NCBI GenBank assembly: GCA_041946805.1
Contig: JBHGBC010000006.1
Span: 29,297 to 93,296, forward strand
From: a bacterium
GTDB taxonomy: Bacteria > Hinthialibacterota > Hinthialibacteria > Hinthialibacterales > Hinthialibacteraceae
Length of the DNA: 64,000 bases
Direction: 5' to 3'
Positions within the stretch are counted from its first letter, which is position 1, and each line of letters begins with the position of its first letter. A program made the position numbers and the translations under genes. Of this stretch, positions 1-9,290 are shown one piece after another. The notes under the pieces were generated by a model. The model saw only the letters and a program-made list of their open reading frames with translations. It searched no databases and was not told the DNA's origin.

Positions 1-825
1 GCTCACGCTGACGTTTTGCATGCCGGGATGCTTGTCCAGGCCGGCGATCACGTTTTGCGCGACGATTTCGATCACCTCGGGATTGGACACGCACGGCTCC
101 GGCCCCCCGCCCCACATCTCCAGTTTCCGTACCCCATCCACCCGCGCGAAATATTCGGGATGCTCCTTCCCGTACTTCTCCGCGGGCAAATAAGAGTGAA
201 GCGAGTGGCTGATCAGGCTTTGCCGGCACACGCCCCCGAGTTTCTCGTCATTCGTCGTCGTGTTGACCCGCAGCCGCGCCGCGAATTCGGGGTAATCGGC
301 GTTTTCCTTGTAATAACTCCACCGGAACGCGAAGGGCGGGACATAGGTGAAATCCCCGGCGGGAATTTTCCAGTTTTTCTTATCCGGGATGTACGTGTGA
401 TCGTGCGTCAAAAAGCGGACACCGGCATACCGTTCCATGAATTCGTACACGCCGTACAACGTGCCCCGCGGGCGGCCTCCCGCGATGGCGAGGTTCTCCG
501 GCGTGACGCGGATCCGCAACCCCTCCTCGCCCAGGTCCTCGACGCCGAATCCCACCGGGCTGGCTTGCATCTCCGCTCCCGCGCCGATGAAGATGTTTTT
601 GGATGGCTGGGCCTTCGCGGCGACCGGCAACTCGATCCCCGCCGCCTGCTGGAACAAGGCCTGAAATTCCTCCGCCGCGTACTTCTCACTGGGAATCGCG
701 TTGTCCGCCGGGACGATCACCCAATCCCGCATCGCTTGGGGATTCAACGGTTCCTGGGCGGCAAGCGCCGGGATCATCCCGCCCGCCACGACCAGCACAC
801 TAGTCAGAACGGCTGGAATACGCAT
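1..825 (-). CDS. DUF4838-family secreted protein (GH20/GH67-like N-terminal domain); 3' end runs off the window
   Basis: Not in the ORF track (no stop in window). Manual translation from ATG 825 with GGAG RBS: MRIPAVLTSVLVVAGGMIPALAAQ (signal peptide)...SEKYAAEEFQ...LGEEGLRIRV...IAGGRPRGTLYGVYEFMERYAGVRFLT...HPEYFA...PCVSNPEV. Confidence 0.8.
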   Translation of the reverse strand, partial: MRIPAVLTSVLVVAGGMIPALAAQEPLNPQAMRDWVIVPADNAIPSEKYAAEEFQALFQQAAGIELPVAAKAQPSKNIFIGAGAEMQASPVGFGVEDLGEEGLRIRVTPENLAIAGGRPRGTLYGVYEFMERYAGVRFLTHDHTYIPDKKNWKIPAGDFTYVPPFAFRWSYYKENADYPEFAARLRVNTTTNDEKLGGVCRQSLISHSLHSYLPAEKYGKEHPEYFARVDGVRKLEMWGGGPEPCVSNPEVIEIVAQNVIAGLDKHPGMQNVSVS

Positions 826-963
826 GGATGTATCTCCTTTTCCCGATCGGAATATCCATGAAAGTCAGATGCATCGACTGGATCGCACGCCTCCATACTA
901 CCTGAAATCCGGCCTCGAATGCGAGGGAAGAGGAAGAGTCTTCGGTTTGGAATTGTGGAGAAG

Positions 964-1273
964 GGAGGGCGAGGCTCCCACCAAGCCGGACCAAGGCTAG
1001 ACGCCCATGGTTCATCGCGGCCCCCCTGGATCTTCGCCCTCCCGGCTTCCCCGTGCCCAGGGGGGAAGGGCAGGGTGAGGGTGAGGGTAAAACTCCTGCC
1101 TCGCCTAAACCTCCCGATTTCGCATATTCACCGCTCACCTGCCTTTGTAGAGGCATGATGCAACGTACCCCTCGGTTCATGACGATAACGATGCCGATGA
1201 AGACTGGGTGCAGAGCGGCAACACCCACAAAAATCCTGGTCATCTTGTCCCTCCTGACCCTCCTGATTCAGAC
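964..1273. repeat. Intergenic mosaic of REP-like repeats
   Basis: GGGAGGGCGAGGCTCCC (964-980; inverted copy near 10764-10780), GGGCAGGGTGAGGGTGAGGG (about 1068-1087), TGTAGAGGCATGATGCAACGTACCCCT (1146-1172; similar to 46242-46268), 4x9-bp element (1233-1273). Confidence 0.7.
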
Positions 1274-1357
1274 TATATTATCCACATACATTTCCACGTA
1301 ATCGATGATTCATTCCAATTCTTCCTCTCCCTCCGGTGTATTTTTTCCAATCCCCTA

Positions 1358-1404
1358 TTGACGACTCTGGCATTCCGAGTTACGATGCAAGCAAGTACTT
1401 ACAT
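1358..1404 (+). promoter_or_regulatory. Sigma70 promoter with overlapping TetR-type operator
   Basis: TTGACG (1358-1363), 17 bp spacer, TACGAT (1381-1386); imperfect palindrome ATGCAAGCAAGTACTTACAT (1385-1404) just upstream of the tetR start. Confidence 0.7.
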
Positions 1405-1422
1405 TAATCCTGAGGAACCGCC

Positions 1423-2020
1423 ATGGAACCACTCTCGACGCACGACCGTATCCTGGAAGCCGCCCTCAAGGTCTTCAGCGGGCACGGCTACACCGGGGCC
1501 ACCACCAAGACCATCGCCCGCGAGGCCGGGGTCAATGAGGTGACCTTGTTCCGCCATTTCGGCAATAAGCAGAAACTCTTCGCGGAGATGATCAGCCGGT
1601 ATTCCGCCCTTCCCCATATCGAGGCCGCCCGCGCCGACAGCCGGTCGCCCTTCGAAAAGCGCGTCCGCGATCTCGCCAGCCGGATCAGGCGGCTGCTGGA
1701 AGAACGCCGGGATCTGATCGCCATCCTTCTCTCGGAGGGATCCCGCCATCCCCGGCAGGCGAAATCCATCCTGGAAGGCGGTCCCGCCCGGATTCTGGAA
1801 CGTTTGACACTGTTTTTTGAGGAAGCCCAAAAAGCGGGCGAAATCCGCGGCCTCGATCCCCAGTGCACGGCCCGCGCCTTCATGGGCATGTTTTTCTTCT
1901 ATGTGATTTTCCAAAAAATCATGCCGGGAGAGATACTGTTTCCCATTGATCCGGATCAGGTGGAAGAAACTTTTATCGAAATTCTGTTGCGGGGATTGTT
2001 GCCATCGGAAAAAAAAATAA
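1423..2020 (+). CDS. TetR/AcrR family regulator; natural stop displaced by an A9 tract
   Basis: HTH ILEAALKVFSGHGYTGATTKTIAREAGVNEVTLFRHF. The TetR-length region ends LLPSEKK, and TAA 2018-2020 is one base out of frame after A9 (2009-2017). The 524-aa ORF call is read-through. Confidence 0.85.
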
Positions 2021-2042
2021 GGTGCATCCGGCCAGATGATTC

Positions 2043-2110
2043 GGGCGGACACCAAGGTCCGCCCCTACAAAAAATCCCTCACCCTAGCCCTCTCCCAAAG
2101 GGAGAGGGGA
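2043..2110 (+). repeat. Composite REP doublet (GTAG-type hairpin + CCCTCACCCT/CCCTCTCCC hairpin)
   Basis: GGGCGGACACCAAGGTCCGCCCCTACA followed by ATCCCTCACCCTAGCCCTCTCCCAAAGGGAGAGGGGA; related copies at 16210, 33891 and 59301. Confidence 0.8.
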
Positions 2111-2212
2111 TTGGGGGGTTGATCTCCCCGGCCAGCCCGATGGAAGAGCGGCCGGACGTGCTTGATAAAAAGTACGCACTTACCGGATGTGCCAAAAGTA
2201 AGGACTCGAATC

Positions 2213-3385
2213 ATGAAACGAATTATCCCTCTCCTTTTGCTTCTCGGAGTATCCGGCGGCGCCTGGTGGTTTTATGGCAACCATTCCGCCAAAGCCAACT
2301 ACTCGGGCGCCATCGAGGCCGAAGACGCCACGCTGGGATCGAAGGTGGGCGGCCGGGTGGCCGAAGTGCTGGTCAAGGAAGGAGACAGGGTTCATCCCGG
2401 CGAGGTGCTCGTGCGGCTGGACCGCGAGCCCCTCGAGGCCCGGCTGCGCGAAGCCCAGGCGGACCTGGAACGCGCGCGGCAGAAACGGCTCGAACTGGAA
2501 AACGGCTCCCGCCCGCAAGAAATCCAGCGCGCTCAGGCCCTGCTGGACGAAGCCCGCCACCGCTGGGAACTGCTCAAAAACGGCCCCCGCGAGGAAGACA
2601 TCCGCGCCGCCCGCGCCAACCTGGAATCCGTCCGGGCAGAACTCGAGCTGGCCACGATCACGGAAAAGCGGCAAAGCGAATTGTACAAAAAGAACAACAC
2701 CACCGCCGACGCCCTCGACCGCGCCCGCAAGGAGCTTTCCGTGGCCCAGGGCCGGATGCGCGCCGCCCAGGCCCAGCTCGACCAGTTGCTGGCCGGTTTC
2801 CGGGAGGAGGAAATCCAATCCGCGCGCGCCCAGGTGGATGCCGCTTCCGCCGCCTTGGCGCTGGCTCTCGAAGGCCCCCGGGTGGAGCAAATCGAACAAG
2901 CGCGGGCCGATGTGAAACGCGCCGAAGCGGCCGTGGAGCGGATTCAGGTGGATCTCAACGAAACCGCCATCACCGCCCCCTCCGAGGGCGTGATTGAAAC
3001 CGGCCGCCTGCGCCCCGGCGATCTGCTCGCGCCCAACCAGGCGGCGTTGACCATGATCTTGTACGAACCCCTGTGGGTGCGGATCTTCGTCCCCGAAAGC
3101 CGCCTGGGCCTGGTTCCCCTCGGCCGGACGCTAGACCTGTCCACCGCCTCGTTTCCCGGAGAGGTTTTCAAGGGGACGGTCGTTCAGGTCAACCGCAAGG
3201 CGGAATTCACCCCCCGCAACGTGCAGACTCCGGAAACCCGCGACTACCTGGTCTTCGGCGTGAAAATCGAAATCCAAGATCCGGAACGGCGGCTGCGGCC
3301 GGGCATGGTGGCGGATGTCCTCATTCCCGATCAACCGGCCGATCACCCATCCGATCAACCGGTGGAAGGAGACGCGGCGCAATGA
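2213..3385 (+). CDS. HlyD-family efflux periplasmic adaptor (YbhG-like)
   Basis: N-terminal TM, SKVGGRVAEVLVKEGDRV lipoyl-like half, long coiled coil, KAEFTPRNVQTPETR motif; start chosen at ATG 2213. Confidence 0.9.
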   Translation: MKRIIPLLLLLGVSGGAWWFYGNHSAKANYSGAIEAEDATLGSKVGGRVAEVLVKEGDRVHPGEVLVRLDREPLEARLREAQADLERARQKRLELENGSRPQEIQRAQALLDEARHRWELLKNGPREEDIRAARANLESVRAELELATITEKRQSELYKKNNTTADALDRARKELSVAQGRMRAAQAQLDQLLAGFREEEIQSARAQVDAASAALALALEGPRVEQIEQARADVKRAEAAVERIQVDLNETAITAPSEGVIETGRLRPGDLLAPNQAALTMILYEPLWVRIFVPESRLGLVPLGRTLDLSTASFPGEVFKGTVVQVNRKAEFTPRNVQTPETRDYLVFGVKIEIQDPERRLRPGMVADVLIPDQPADHPSDQPVEGDAAQ

Positions 3386-4332
3386 CACATCCAATCGTGG
3401 TGGATAATTTGACCAAGCGTTTCGGCCATTTCACCGCCGTGGATCATGTCAGCTTTGAGGTCTCCAAGGGCGAGATCTTCGGCTTTCTCGGCCCCAACGG
3501 CTCCGGCAAATCCACAGTCATCCGCATACTTTGCGGACTTCTGGCGCCGACCGAAGGAGACGCGTCGCTCCTGGGAATGAGCGTCCGCCAGAGCGCCGCC
3601 GACATCAAGCGCCGCATCGGCTATATGTCGCAGCATTTCAGCTTGTACCGGGATTTGACCGTCCGTGAGAACATGCGCTTCTTCGGCCGCTTGTACGGAC
3701 TGTCCCGCGGGAAAATCGACCAGCGCCAGAAAGAACTCGGCGACTACCTGGGCCTCGGCCCTTACCTGGACCGGCCGGCCGGCCTGCTCTCCGGCGGATG
3801 GAAACAGCGCTTGGCCCTCGCCTCCGCCCTGATGCACGAGCCGGAGATCGTCTTTCTCGACGAACCCACCGCCGGCATCGATCCGGTCGCCCGCCGCGAA
3901 CTCTGGAACCTGCTCTTCGACCTCTCCGCCCGGGGTATCACCCTGTTCGTCACCACCCATTACATGGACGAGGCCGAACGCTGCACCGTCGTGGCCTATA
4001 TCTACTTGTCCAAACTGATTGCCCATGGCGAACCGTCTGACCTGAAGAAATTGCCCGAGGTCACTCCGGCCGGCTGCCGCCGCATCGAAATCCGCGCCGA
4101 GCCGGTGACCCGCGTGCTCGACCGCTTTCGCACCCATCCCCTGGTCCGTTCCGCCACCATCTTTGGGGAGGCGGCCCACCTGGCCGTGGAAGAACGCTTC
4201 ACCGACGACGCGGTCCGGCAATTCGCGAGGGATCAAGGTTTCCGCGAGATTCATGTGCGGAACATTTCGCCGACGCTCGAGGATGTCTTTGTCGCCATGA
4301 CCCTGGCGGAGGAGAAAAAACGATTATCATGA
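3382..4332 (+). CDS. ABC transporter ATP-binding protein (YbhF-like)
   Basis: Walker A GPNGSGKS, signature LSGGWKQR, Walker B VFLDEPT, TTHYMDEAE; ATGA overlap with upstream gene. Confidence 0.95.
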   Translation: MTHPIVVDNLTKRFGHFTAVDHVSFEVSKGEIFGFLGPNGSGKSTVIRILCGLLAPTEGDASLLGMSVRQSAADIKRRIGYMSQHFSLYRDLTVRENMRFFGRLYGLSRGKIDQRQKELGDYLGLGPYLDRPAGLLSGGWKQRLALASALMHEPEIVFLDEPTAGIDPVARRELWNLLFDLSARGITLFVTTHYMDEAERCTVVAYIYLSKLIAHGEPSDLKKLPEVTPAGCRRIEIRAEPVTRVLDRFRTHPLVRSATIFGEAAHLAVEERFTDDAVRQFARDQGFREIHVRNISPTLEDVFVAMTLAEEKKRLS

Positions 4333-5450
4333 AACTCACCGGATGCATCGCCATTCTGCAAAAAGAACTGCTCCACATGGCCCGCGATCCGGCCACGCTG
4401 ATTTTTTCCATGCTGCCGCCCATCGTGCAGGTCATCGCCTTCGGATTTGCCATCGACACCGATGTGCGCGATCTCGCCACGGTGATCCTTGACCAGGACG
4501 GCAAGGAACAAAGCCGGAATTTCATCCAGGCGCTCGTCAATTCCGACGTGTACCAGGTCAGCGGCTATGTGTTCTCGCATGATGAGTTGATCCGGACCCT
4601 AGTCGAAGGCCGCGCGGTGGTGGGGGTGGAGATCCCTCCGGACTTCACCGACCGCTACAAGGCGGGGAAAAGCGCGTCCGCCGCTGTTTACTTGGACGGC
4701 AGCAACAACATGATAGCGCTGCAGGCGATGTCCACCGCCAACGGCCTCGGCTTTCAGTCGATGATCGAGCAGCTTGGCCGATTGACCGGCCAGGCCCATC
4801 CCGTTCCGCTCATCGATGTGCGCCCGCGGGTGTTGTTCAATCCCGATCTGCTCTCCGCCAACTTTTTCGTCCCCGGGATCATCGGCGTGGCCATTCAGCT
4901 CTCGCTCACCATGCTGGTATCCTTCGCCATCGTGCGCGAGCGTGAAATCGGCACGCTGGAGCAACTCATGGTCAGCCCCGCCACCCGTTTCGCGCTGCTG
5001 CTGGGTAAACTGATTCCCTACGTGGGCTTGGCCTATATTCAAATCGGTCTTTTGATCCTGGCCATGCGCCTGTTCTTTGGCATCCAAGTGCATGGCAGTG
5101 TGGTGCTGCTGCTGGCGCTGGCCGGCATCTTCGCCCTCGCCGTAATCGGTATCGGCCTGATCATCAGCACCACCGCCAAAAACCAGGTGCAAGCCACTCA
5201 ATTGGCCATCGCCACCCTGCTGCCGTCCATCTTCCTCTCCGGCTTCATCTATCCGCGGGACACCATGCCCCTCTTTTTCTACACGATCAGTTTCTTTCTG
5301 CCACTCACTTATTTTCTCGACATCCTGCGGGGCATCGTGCTGCGGGGGGCGGAGTTCATGAACCTGGTCAGCGCGGTGGTTCCCCTCTCCTGCATGGCCC
5401 TGGTGCTGTTCTCCTTATCCGTGTTCAAATTCCGCAAACGTCTCGATTAG
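4329..5450 (+). CDS. ABC-2 type permease (YbhS/YbhR-like)
   Basis: KELLHMARD, FNPDLLSANFFVPG, IVREREIGTLEQLMVSP, multiple TM helices. Confidence 0.92.
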   Translation: MKLTGCIAILQKELLHMARDPATLIFSMLPPIVQVIAFGFAIDTDVRDLATVILDQDGKEQSRNFIQALVNSDVYQVSGYVFSHDELIRTLVEGRAVVGVEIPPDFTDRYKAGKSASAAVYLDGSNNMIALQAMSTANGLGFQSMIEQLGRLTGQAHPVPLIDVRPRVLFNPDLLSANFFVPGIIGVAIQLSLTMLVSFAIVREREIGTLEQLMVSPATRFALLLGKLIPYVGLAYIQIGLLILAMRLFFGIQVHGSVVLLLALAGIFALAVIGIGLIISTTAKNQVQATQLAIATLLPSIFLSGFIYPRDTMPLFFYTISFFLPLTYFLDILRGIVLRGAEFMNLVSAVVPLSCMALVLFSLSVFKFRKRLD

Positions 5451-6258
5451 GCCATAGCCCTGGCCGCCCCGCCCAAACGCGATCCAGCCTTCAGCGGTTA
5501 GGCTTGCATCCCAGATTGCAGGGAAAGGCCGTCTCCTCCCCCATCATCGCAAGAGGAAGGGAGATCCCTGCGGCGGTTTGTCTCTGCCTTCCCATTTCGC
5601 CGGAAATCCCTGCCGGAATCCGGGTAAACCGAAGCGGCCGGAGCCTTTGTTTCCCCCGGGGAGTGACAAAACCGGATTCCCGGCTATACTCCCTCTCCCA
5701 ACCAGGCAGCAGCGGCCAGCGGCGCCCGCGGTTTCTGGACGACTCTATCCCACCTCATCCATCGGCAGGGAATGGAAAGCCGGCGCAGGAAGAGCGGAGA
5801 GAACGCTTCCCGGGAAATACTTTTTTCCACCACGAACAATCTGTTTGCATGTTTTTTATATATATACAAATTTTAATTAATATAATTATAGATAAAACAG
5901 AATTCATTGCCTTCGGTTTTATAGCAAACAATTCGTGACATTTTCCTTGATCGCCGGCAAAAATGATGGTAAAGTTATTTCAGTTGATTCGCTTTTTTTT
6001 ACAAAAAACCTGGGAAAGTGAGAAAGCGAATTGACTAAATGTAAAAGTGTTTTAACGCTCCATGTCCCATGGAGTGTGTTTCCTTGAAATTCGGTGTTGA
6101 GGATGGCTGCTTCGAAGAGGGGGATGTCGTCGTTTTGGATTCCCGGGGATTGCGATCTTCGGTGACAAAACTGTCGAGTGCGATGCGCAAACCATTCTCA
6201 CGGTGCCGGGGGAAGACCAGCAGGTCTTCCGCCGGACCGCCGAAAACCGAGGAAACAC

Positions 6259-6951
6259 ATGATCGATTCAAAAGATTACTACCCCACCCCTGCCAAAGCC
6301 CGCATTGTGATCGTGGATGACGAACCGACATTACGGTTTGGATTGACACAAATTTTATGCCTCGAAAAAAACCTCGCCGTCTGCGGGGAAGCCTCGAATG
6401 TGGATCAGGCCCTGCAGCTCATCGAAAACGCCCGCCCGGATGTGGCCATTGTCGACATTTCGCTCGAAAAACGTTGCGGCGTGGATATCATCCGGACCAT
6501 CCGGCAACGATTCGACTCGGTCAAGCTGCTCGTTTGGTCGCTTCACGACGAAGAATTGTACGCCGAACGGGTTTTGCACGCCGGCGCCATGGGCTATATC
6601 AGCAAACGCGAGGAACCCGCGAAAATCGTTCAAGCGATTTTCCAAATCTTGACCGGCAAAAAATACTTGAGCGAGCGCATGGTCGGCCTGATGCTGAAAC
6701 GGACCTTCTATAACGACCGCCTCCCCGTACGCTCTCCCATCGAAGTCCTGACCGACCGGGAATTGGAAATCCTTGAAATGATCGGCAAGGGATTCAGCTC
6801 GGAGACTATCGCCCATTGCGTGCAACGCAGCGTCAAAACCATCGAGGCCCACCGGTCCAACATCAAGAAGAAACTCAGCCTGCCCAAAAACTTGGATTTG
6901 CTCCGGTTCGCCATGCAATGGTTCCATGAAATCGAATCCATTCGCAATTGA
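6259..6951 (+). CDS. NarL/LuxR family response regulator
   Basis: IVIVDDE, AIVDISL (phospho-Asp), GAMGYISK, C-terminal LTDRELEILEMIGKG...SVKTIEAHRSNIKKKL; no kinase adjacent. Confidence 0.92.
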   Translation: MIDSKDYYPTPAKARIVIVDDEPTLRFGLTQILCLEKNLAVCGEASNVDQALQLIENARPDVAIVDISLEKRCGVDIIRTIRQRFDSVKLLVWSLHDEELYAERVLHAGAMGYISKREEPAKIVQAIFQILTGKKYLSERMVGLMLKRTFYNDRLPVRSPIEVLTDRELEILEMIGKGFSSETIAHCVQRSVKTIEAHRSNIKKKLSLPKNLDLLRFAMQWFHEIESIRN

Positions 6952-7010
6952 TCCGGACACCCTTCCCTCGCTCCCGTGGATACCTTTCCACCTCTCTCTC
7001 CGGGACGCTT

Positions 7011-7685
7011 CTAATGCGGATCCTGAATTTGGTTCAAGATGGCCAGCGGCGTCTTGAACCGGATCTTGAAATCCACCCAGAGTGAATGTCCCTCGGCGTA
7101 ATGCAGATCCAGCCGCAGCATCTCGGTGATCGACAACCGGTTCTTGCCACAGACCTGCCACAGCCCGGTCATGCCCGGGAGTATATCCAAACGGCTCATG
7201 TGCCATTGCGCGTACTCCCGCACCTCGTACGGCAGGGGCGGCCGGGGACCGACCAGGGACATATCCCCCCGCTGCCCATTGAACAGCTGGGGCAATTCAT
7301 CCAGGCAGGTATTCCGCAAAATCGAGCCGAAGGGGATGATCCGTGGATCTTTCTCCAGCTTGTTCATGGGCTTTTCCCCGTCGGATTTCGATTCGGAACG
7401 TTTGATCCGGTCGACGACATACTTTTCATGGAGGGATGTGTCCGCATCGATTTTCATCGTGCGGAATTTCCAAAACAGGAACGGTTTCCCTCCCTGGCCA
7501 ATGCGCTCCTGCTTGAAAAACACCGGGCCGGGAGAAACGATTTTCATGAATACATAAATCAACAGGAAAAGGGGAGACAGCAGAGTCAAACAGATGATGG
7601 CGCCCACGACATCCATGATCCGCTTGGGAATTGCCGGGGGCTTCTGGATCAGGATATTCAGCGGCATGACTTCGATCCGCGCCAT
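7011..7685 (-). CDS. Priming phosphoglycosyl transferase (bacterial sugar transferase family)
   Basis: KRIMDVV + TM, PGPVFFKQERIG, KFRTM, DPRIIPFG, LDELPQ, GDMSLVGPRP, PGMTGLWQV; ATG 7685 with GGAG RBS (alternative GTG 7703). Confidence 0.9.
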   Translation of the reverse strand: MARIEVMPLNILIQKPPAIPKRIMDVVGAIICLTLLSPLFLLIYVFMKIVSPGPVFFKQERIGQGGKPFLFWKFRTMKIDADTSLHEKYVVDRIKRSESKSDGEKPMNKLEKDPRIIPFGSILRNTCLDELPQLFNGQRGDMSLVGPRPPLPYEVREYAQWHMSRLDILPGMTGLWQVCGKNRLSITEMLRLDLHYAEGHSLWVDFKIRFKTPLAILNQIQDPH

Positions 7686-7699
7686 GTTCGTTCTCCGTT

Positions 7700-8254
7700 T
7701 CACGCGACTTCCTGGGTGGAGGGAGAAGCGGGGGAGCCGGATGGCGCCGTTTCTGGCTGGGATCCGCCGGGAGCCGCGGCTGGAGCTACGGTTTCCGTTT
7801 TTTTCTTGTCCATGGGATAGATGAACACGTCCGCGGCAAGTTCCGGGATTTGATAAGGATCGAACTTGAGCGCCTCCAGCGCTTCCCGGAATTGGGTTTC
7901 TACCGCATGGATTACCACCGACGCTTTTTCAAAATCGGTATGGGGAAGAATCATGCCCAGCTTCTTGTTTTCCTTGCCATGCAATCCCTTGATGTCACTT
8001 TTCCGGGTGCGGTCGCGCATCACCGACGCCAGAATCTCCAGCAGCCGGTTGTAGTTTTCCTCACCGGATTCCGGCGGGTGGAACGAAAAAGATACCATCG
8101 TAAACGGGGAATTGAAACGATCCGTACGCGACCTTTCTTGCAGTATACGATGGTTGAAATCACTCCAACTCAGAAATCCGGGAATGGAGAGGGCGGTCGT
8201 TTTTTTCCCTTTCCCTGGCACCCAAAAAGTAATTATCTTGAGTAGTTTTTTCAT
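7700..8254 (-). CDS. Degenerate GGDEF-like domain protein (RxxD retained)
   Basis: ERSRTDRFNSPFTMVSF...RTRKSDIKG...GMILPHTD...VFIYP; aligns by eye with the N-terminal domain of 29623-30831. Confidence 0.6.
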   Translation of the reverse strand: MKKLLKIITFWVPGKGKKTTALSIPGFLSWSDFNHRILQERSRTDRFNSPFTMVSFSFHPPESGEENYNRLLEILASVMRDRTRKSDIKGLHGKENKKLGMILPHTDFEKASVVIHAVETQFREALEALKFDPYQIPELAADVFIYPMDKKKTETVAPAAAPGGSQPETAPSGSPASPSTQEVA

Positions 8255-9290
8255 GGAATCGGGTCCCCTTCCCTTCTATCATCCACACCCTAGGATTCGC
8301 GGCCGGCCGGGCATCATCCCCAAGTGCAGGATTCGCCCCCCCCAAATCCAATTCCACGCAGGTACAATCATTCCACACCGGTATCTTCCGGATCTTGCGG
8401 CCGGCGGAGATCACAAGAATCCGCCGCATAGAACGATAAAAACAGAATCTTTGTTTCCCGGGTGGAGTCCGGGAATTCCCTCGACCCGCAAAGTTGATTC
8501 ATCGAAGGTTGAAAGAGTACAGAACGAAGATATCAAGATGGAGATGGCAGGATGATGCTCCGGGCTTCAAGCCGTGCCGTATCGTTTTCCACGGATCTCT
8601 TTTCTTTCCTCAAATCAGCATCATTCAATCCACTGATTGTGTTTGATATCGAGGGGAAGACCCATTGGGATTCAAGTTAGTTTCTGTTGTAGGAAAACGC
8701 CATTTAAATACACCCCAGCGGGGGTAATCCCGGTTACGAATGCGTGTCTTTTCCGCCTCCTTCTTTTTTTAGAACGTTTTTTTCCGGCAATATATCACGA
8801 ACGGATGTTTCTTTTCCCGGTCATCGCTGGGTGAAATCCCATTGATTCCGCTTTTAGGATCAAGTTGTAAATTTTATCAAACCGGTAAATAAAACACTCC
8901 TCGCGCTCTTGTTTCCCCTATGTGCCTGTTAGGTTTGGTATTAGTACACGATGGAGGCCGACTCTCTGCATTTTATATTATCATCCCGCCTGGATAAAAT
9001 CAAAAAAATATACGAAAAAAACCGCCTGCAAGGACGGTTGTCCATGATCAGGCCGTATCCCTGCCCCGGTTCGACGGAGGTAACGGCGGATTCCGCCGCG
9101 TGCAAACCACTTCCGGGCGGGCGGCAGGGGACCCATCGCATTTTGTGATAATCTCATCCCCCACCGCGGATTTCCAACCAACGCTCAACGGATAGAGAAA
9201 AAGGGGAGTTTCTGGTAGGATGACCATCCAAATTCTTCCCCAGACCAATCCTGCCCGTACCACCCGGCGGGTAGAGAAACAGGCGCGGTG

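Noticed and set aside
16..861. 281-aa plus-strand ORF
   Set aside because: Antisense shadow of the minus-strand DUF4838-like gene (1-825), which has an RBS, signal peptide and family motifs
2021..2997. Apparent 524-aa TetR fusion
   Set aside because: The extension is translated repeat DNA plus an out-of-frame read of the adaptor gene, caused by the A9 tract
5451..6258. Short ORFs or a riboswitch in long intergenic regions (also 8255-9290 and 59004-59563)
   Set aside because: ORFs lack motifs and coding bias; no aptamer consensus recognised; AT-rich tracts fit ordinary promoter DNA
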